Below, piece by piece: positions 61,595-64,000 of a stretch of 64,000 bases of DNA. Under the pieces are notes generated by a model that ran no database searches, was not told the DNA's origin, and saw nothing but the letters and a program-made list of their open reading frames with translations. The stretch lies in the IMG/VR virus record IMGVR_UViG_3300027861_002706, positions 1 through 64,000 of that record; one strand, given 5' to 3'. The translations under genes and the position numbers were made by a program. Positions within the stretch are counted from its first letter, which is position 1; every line of letters starts with the position of its first letter. This DNA is from a virus.

Positions 61595-64000
61595 CTACCC
61601 TTCTTCAAATTGATCGAGTATATCCGGGGCTTCTCCTTGAGAAGCGATAAAGTCAGCCCAGAGGTATCGCGCCTGCTCCATTATGTTATCTATGCCATGA
61701 GGATTGCTACTTGCGACATCGATTGCACGGAGCCCGGCAGAGAACACTGTATTATTATATCTTAAAAGTTTTATCTTGGCCGGGAGGTATACTGGTATAC
61801 TCCCATCAATACGGTGAGCGCCGGCAGAGAACACGTCTCCTTCATTTGCATCTATAACCGTTTGCTGAGATATAACTGGATTCAAGTACTCATCCATAAC
61901 ACTACTTCCACCTCGAAGCATCAATCGCCCATACACAACATTCAACCATATAGCTCTTGCTCCAGCGGTGATTCCTGCTCCAGCGATAGAGCCTATCGCA
62001 GCGTTTCTAGCAGATATCGCTGCGGTGTATGCCGCCGTCTCAGCAGCAGTAGCAGTAGCAGGAAGAGCCCCAGCGGCTATCAGCCTTATCTGCTCTCGTG
62101 TTAACATTGCCTCAGCTCTGGCTCCCAGGTGGCCAAAAAGGCCTGCGCCGAGGCCTTGGCTAGAGGAGGTGCCTCCACCAAATATAGCTCTACCTGCACT
62201 TATCAGTGGATCGCTAAGGCTATAAGGTGCATAGCCACTCTCTCCTGGCTGTAATGCCATTTTTTTAAGCGGTGCTCGAGCAACACCCTCTGCGAGGCGT
62301 CTGTTTGCTCTGTTTATACGTACATTTTGTCCGTATCTGTAGCCTCTTCTAAGAACGTTTCTGAATCCGGTTGTTGCCCAATTCCGCCAAACTGCTCGTT
62401 GTGCGACTCTTGCTCCAACAACGACTCCTGCTCCAGCGAGTCGAGCGCCGCTCGTAAGTATCGTTTTAAGTGTGAACCAGACACCTGATGTTATGCCACC
62501 GGTGAATATCGAGCCAAATAACGCTGCAACAGTTATTGTGTCCATTACGCCCATAAAGGTTTTACCGTTAGCAAAAGAATACATCCATCTCTCGGCCTGG
62601 CCTGCATTATACGTTCCCAAAAAGCTATTCACTCGGGTTAGACCTACTGGAACTACAGTAGTCGTCCATCCGCTAGTAGAACTGTAGTTTTGTATAACAC
62701 GTTCAGCCATTATTTCTCCATGGATATTATTGACATTATCTACAATCCTAACTGAGTCATAAGGTTTAATATTTCTACCAATCATGATTAAATTACCACG
62801 ATACATCTTTGATAAACCTTGTGCTAATCTGAAGTTATTAACTTGTAGAGCTAGATTAGGAGTAGTCGCATTTATCTCTGTAAAAGTTTCAAGGATATCT
62901 TCTGGACCAGCATATAATCCTGCATAATTCATGCCCACCGAATTTTTCCTGGGCCATATCCCAAACTCTTGGTCAGAATCTATCTGAAAAACCCCTGCTG
63001 ACTTATTGATTCCACCTTCTTCTATGCCATAGTTAGTTGGCCCCCAATCACCCCACCCCGCTGTTTCATTAACAGTATTAATGGGTACTCTCAAGGAAAC
63101 TGCACTCCACATATCGGACTGTGTCGCAACTACATTATTTGCTATTAGGTCATGATCAGAAGAGACTACATGGTGATCCCTAAATAGTTTATGAGTAAAC
63201 GGTAGCATCTCGCTAGTATCGTCTTTGCTATTCATTATATCTTGCAGGACATCATTGTCTCTTTCTTCGCCATCTAATCCGATAGGGTTGAGTAGCTTGG
63301 TTGCCAGCTGAAGAGCTTGTTTGTATTCCATCAATGTTTTTACTATATAATCAACTGCAAGACTGTTGCCTGCTGCGGGATTCCTTGCAAAAGAAGTAGA
63401 GAGCTCTTCTCTCTTCGACATAAGATTTTTAAAGATCGAGATTTTCCTATCGGTACGAGAAGTATCCATAAATGTTGATGTCAGGAAGGGAACAATAGCT
63501 ATTTGTTCCGTAGAGTTGACTTGCCAACTAGCATCGAGGTTTACCTCGACGGCAGCTCCTTCCTCTTTGCTCGTTGACTTAAATAATCCAAAGTCCGACT
63601 CGTTGCTAATCAACAATGGCCAAAAATCTAATCTCTGCCCCGCGTGGTGGACTGCATTTCCGCTAATCGTAGTACTATTAACTTCGAGAGTGTTATTCAA
63701 TAAAGCACTAAGGCTAATGCTAGTATATAGCGGATTAGGCTTAAATGAATTTCCTCCAAAATTATATAAGGAGTTCCAGTTGGTTGTATTAAGTACATTC
63801 TTGCTGTTTAATCTGATCTTAGCTATAGCCTTAGAAGCTGTAGCTAGTTTGGTAAAGTCTGCTTCAGTTAATTTGCTCGTGTCTAAATTAAGGAATATAG
63901 CGAGCAAATTAGCATGCACGTCATCAGAAAGGTAAGGTTCATCAGAGATGGGCCTGAAGAGTGTATTCACCACTAGGTCTTCTAATTCCTTAAAGCCTCC
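61595..64000 (-). CDS. Baseplate hub-like protein with hydrophobic C-terminal extension (5'-truncated by the window edge)
   Basis: The frame is open to base 64000 (GGFKELEDLVVNT...). MYRGNLIMIGRNIKPYDSVRIVD...ERVIQNYSSTSGWTTTVVP resembles the gp27/late-control-D C-terminal fold. Confidence 0.7.
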   Translation of the reverse strand, partial: GGFKELEDLVVNTLFRPISDEPYLSDDVHANLLAIFLNLDTSKLTEADFTKLATASKAIAKIRLNSKNVLNTTNWNSLYNFGGNSFKPNPLYTSISLSALLNNTLEVNSTTISGNAVHHAGQRLDFWPLLISNESDFGLFKSTSKEEGAAVEVNLDASWQVNSTEQIAIVPFLTSTFMDTSRTDRKISIFKNLMSKREELSTSFARNPAAGNSLAVDYIVKTLMEYKQALQLATKLLNPIGLDGEERDNDVLQDIMNSKDDTSEMLPFTHKLFRDHHVVSSDHDLIANNVVATQSDMWSAVSLRVPINTVNETAGWGDWGPTNYGIEEGGINKSAGVFQIDSDQEFGIWPRKNSVGMNYAGLYAGPEDILETFTEINATTPNLALQVNNFRLAQGLSKMYRGNLIMIGRNIKPYDSVRIVDNVNNIHGEIMAERVIQNYSSTSGWTTTVVPVGLTRVNSFLGTYNAGQAERWMYSFANGKTFMGVMDTITVAALFGSIFTGGITSGVWFTLKTILTSGARLAGAGVVVGARVAQRAVWRNWATTGFRNVLRRGYRYGQNVRINRANRRLAEGVARAPLKKMALQPGESGYAPYSLSDPLISAGRAIFGGGTSSSQGLGAGLFGHLGARAEAMLTREQIRLIAAGALPATATAAETAAYTAAISARNAAIGSIAGAGITAGARAIWLNVVYGRLMLRGGSSVMDEYLNPVISQQTVIDANEGDVFSAGAHRIDGSIPVYLPAKIKLLRYNNTVFSAGLRAIDVASSNPHGIDNIMEQARYLWADFIASQGEAPDILDQFEEG

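Larger units (their letters stand above)
1..64000. mobile_element. Segment of a large myovirus-like bacteriophage genome
   Basis: Baseplate J-like, gp25-like and hub-like genes, giant fibre proteins, fused primase-helicase, near-zero intergenic DNA and no cellular housekeeping genes. Confidence 0.92.

Noticed and set aside
63366-63935. 189-aa plus-strand ORF, and similar 100-150 aa antisense ORFs (15671-16114, 22399-22812, 24103-24510, 27443-27820, 47554-47892, 60460-60882)
   Set aside because: All lie wholly opposite well-supported genes, lack motifs or RBSs, and are explained by codon bias of the sense strand.
1-64000. Stop-codon reassignment (TAG or TGA recoding, as in some large phages)
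   Set aside because: Standard-code ORFs tile the window almost completely, and TAA, TAG and TGA all end genes at tight junctions.
1-64000. Archaeal or eukaryotic giant virus origin (ATA/CTA/AGA-rich codons, glycan genes)
   Set aside because: DnaG/DnaB-type primase-helicase, a bacterial lipobox, AGGA-type RBSs, operonic overlaps and a contractile-tail baseplate indicate a bacteriophage.
1-64000. tRNA, rRNA, introns, inteins, integrase, transposase, diversity-generating retroelement
   Set aside because: There is no non-coding space for RNA genes, and I saw no splice, intein, RT, recombinase or template/variable repeat signatures.

Overview
This 64 kb window is an almost gap-free segment of a large (probably jumbo) myovirus-type bacteriophage genome, in standard genetic code at roughly 38-40% GC by spot counts. 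It has four blocks. (1) 1-1584 (+): metzincin-motif peptidase, NUDIX hydrolase and a small hypothetical. (2) 1550-4986 (-): nuclease-like Fe-S protein, two GT-B glycosyltransferase-like proteins and a hidden sigma-region-4-like HTH micro-ORF. (3) 5004-20340 (+): DnaG/DnaB primase-helicase and a Cas4/RecB-like nuclease, followed by a ~11.6 kb nucleotide-sugar and glycosyltransferase operon (gmd, fcl, rmlB-like, rfbH/ddhC-like, split minimal TPP enzyme, SDR, five GT-like genes, methyltransferase). (4) 20341-64000 (-): a 43.6 kb unidirectional virion module with a spanin-like pair, LamG protein, 2025-aa repeat-rich fibre, four tandem paralogues, lectin/beta-helix proteins, baseplate J, gp25-like wedge and a 5'-truncated hub-like protein. 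The strongest candidate for an undescribed system is a phage-encoded glycan pathway that appears able to make GDP-fucose and a C4-branched 3,6-dideoxysugar (yersiniose/eurekanate-type chemistry), with about 7 GT-like enzymes and an unknown acceptor (virion proteins with mucin-like linkers, DNA, or host surface). All product calls come from motif reading by eye; no searches were run.
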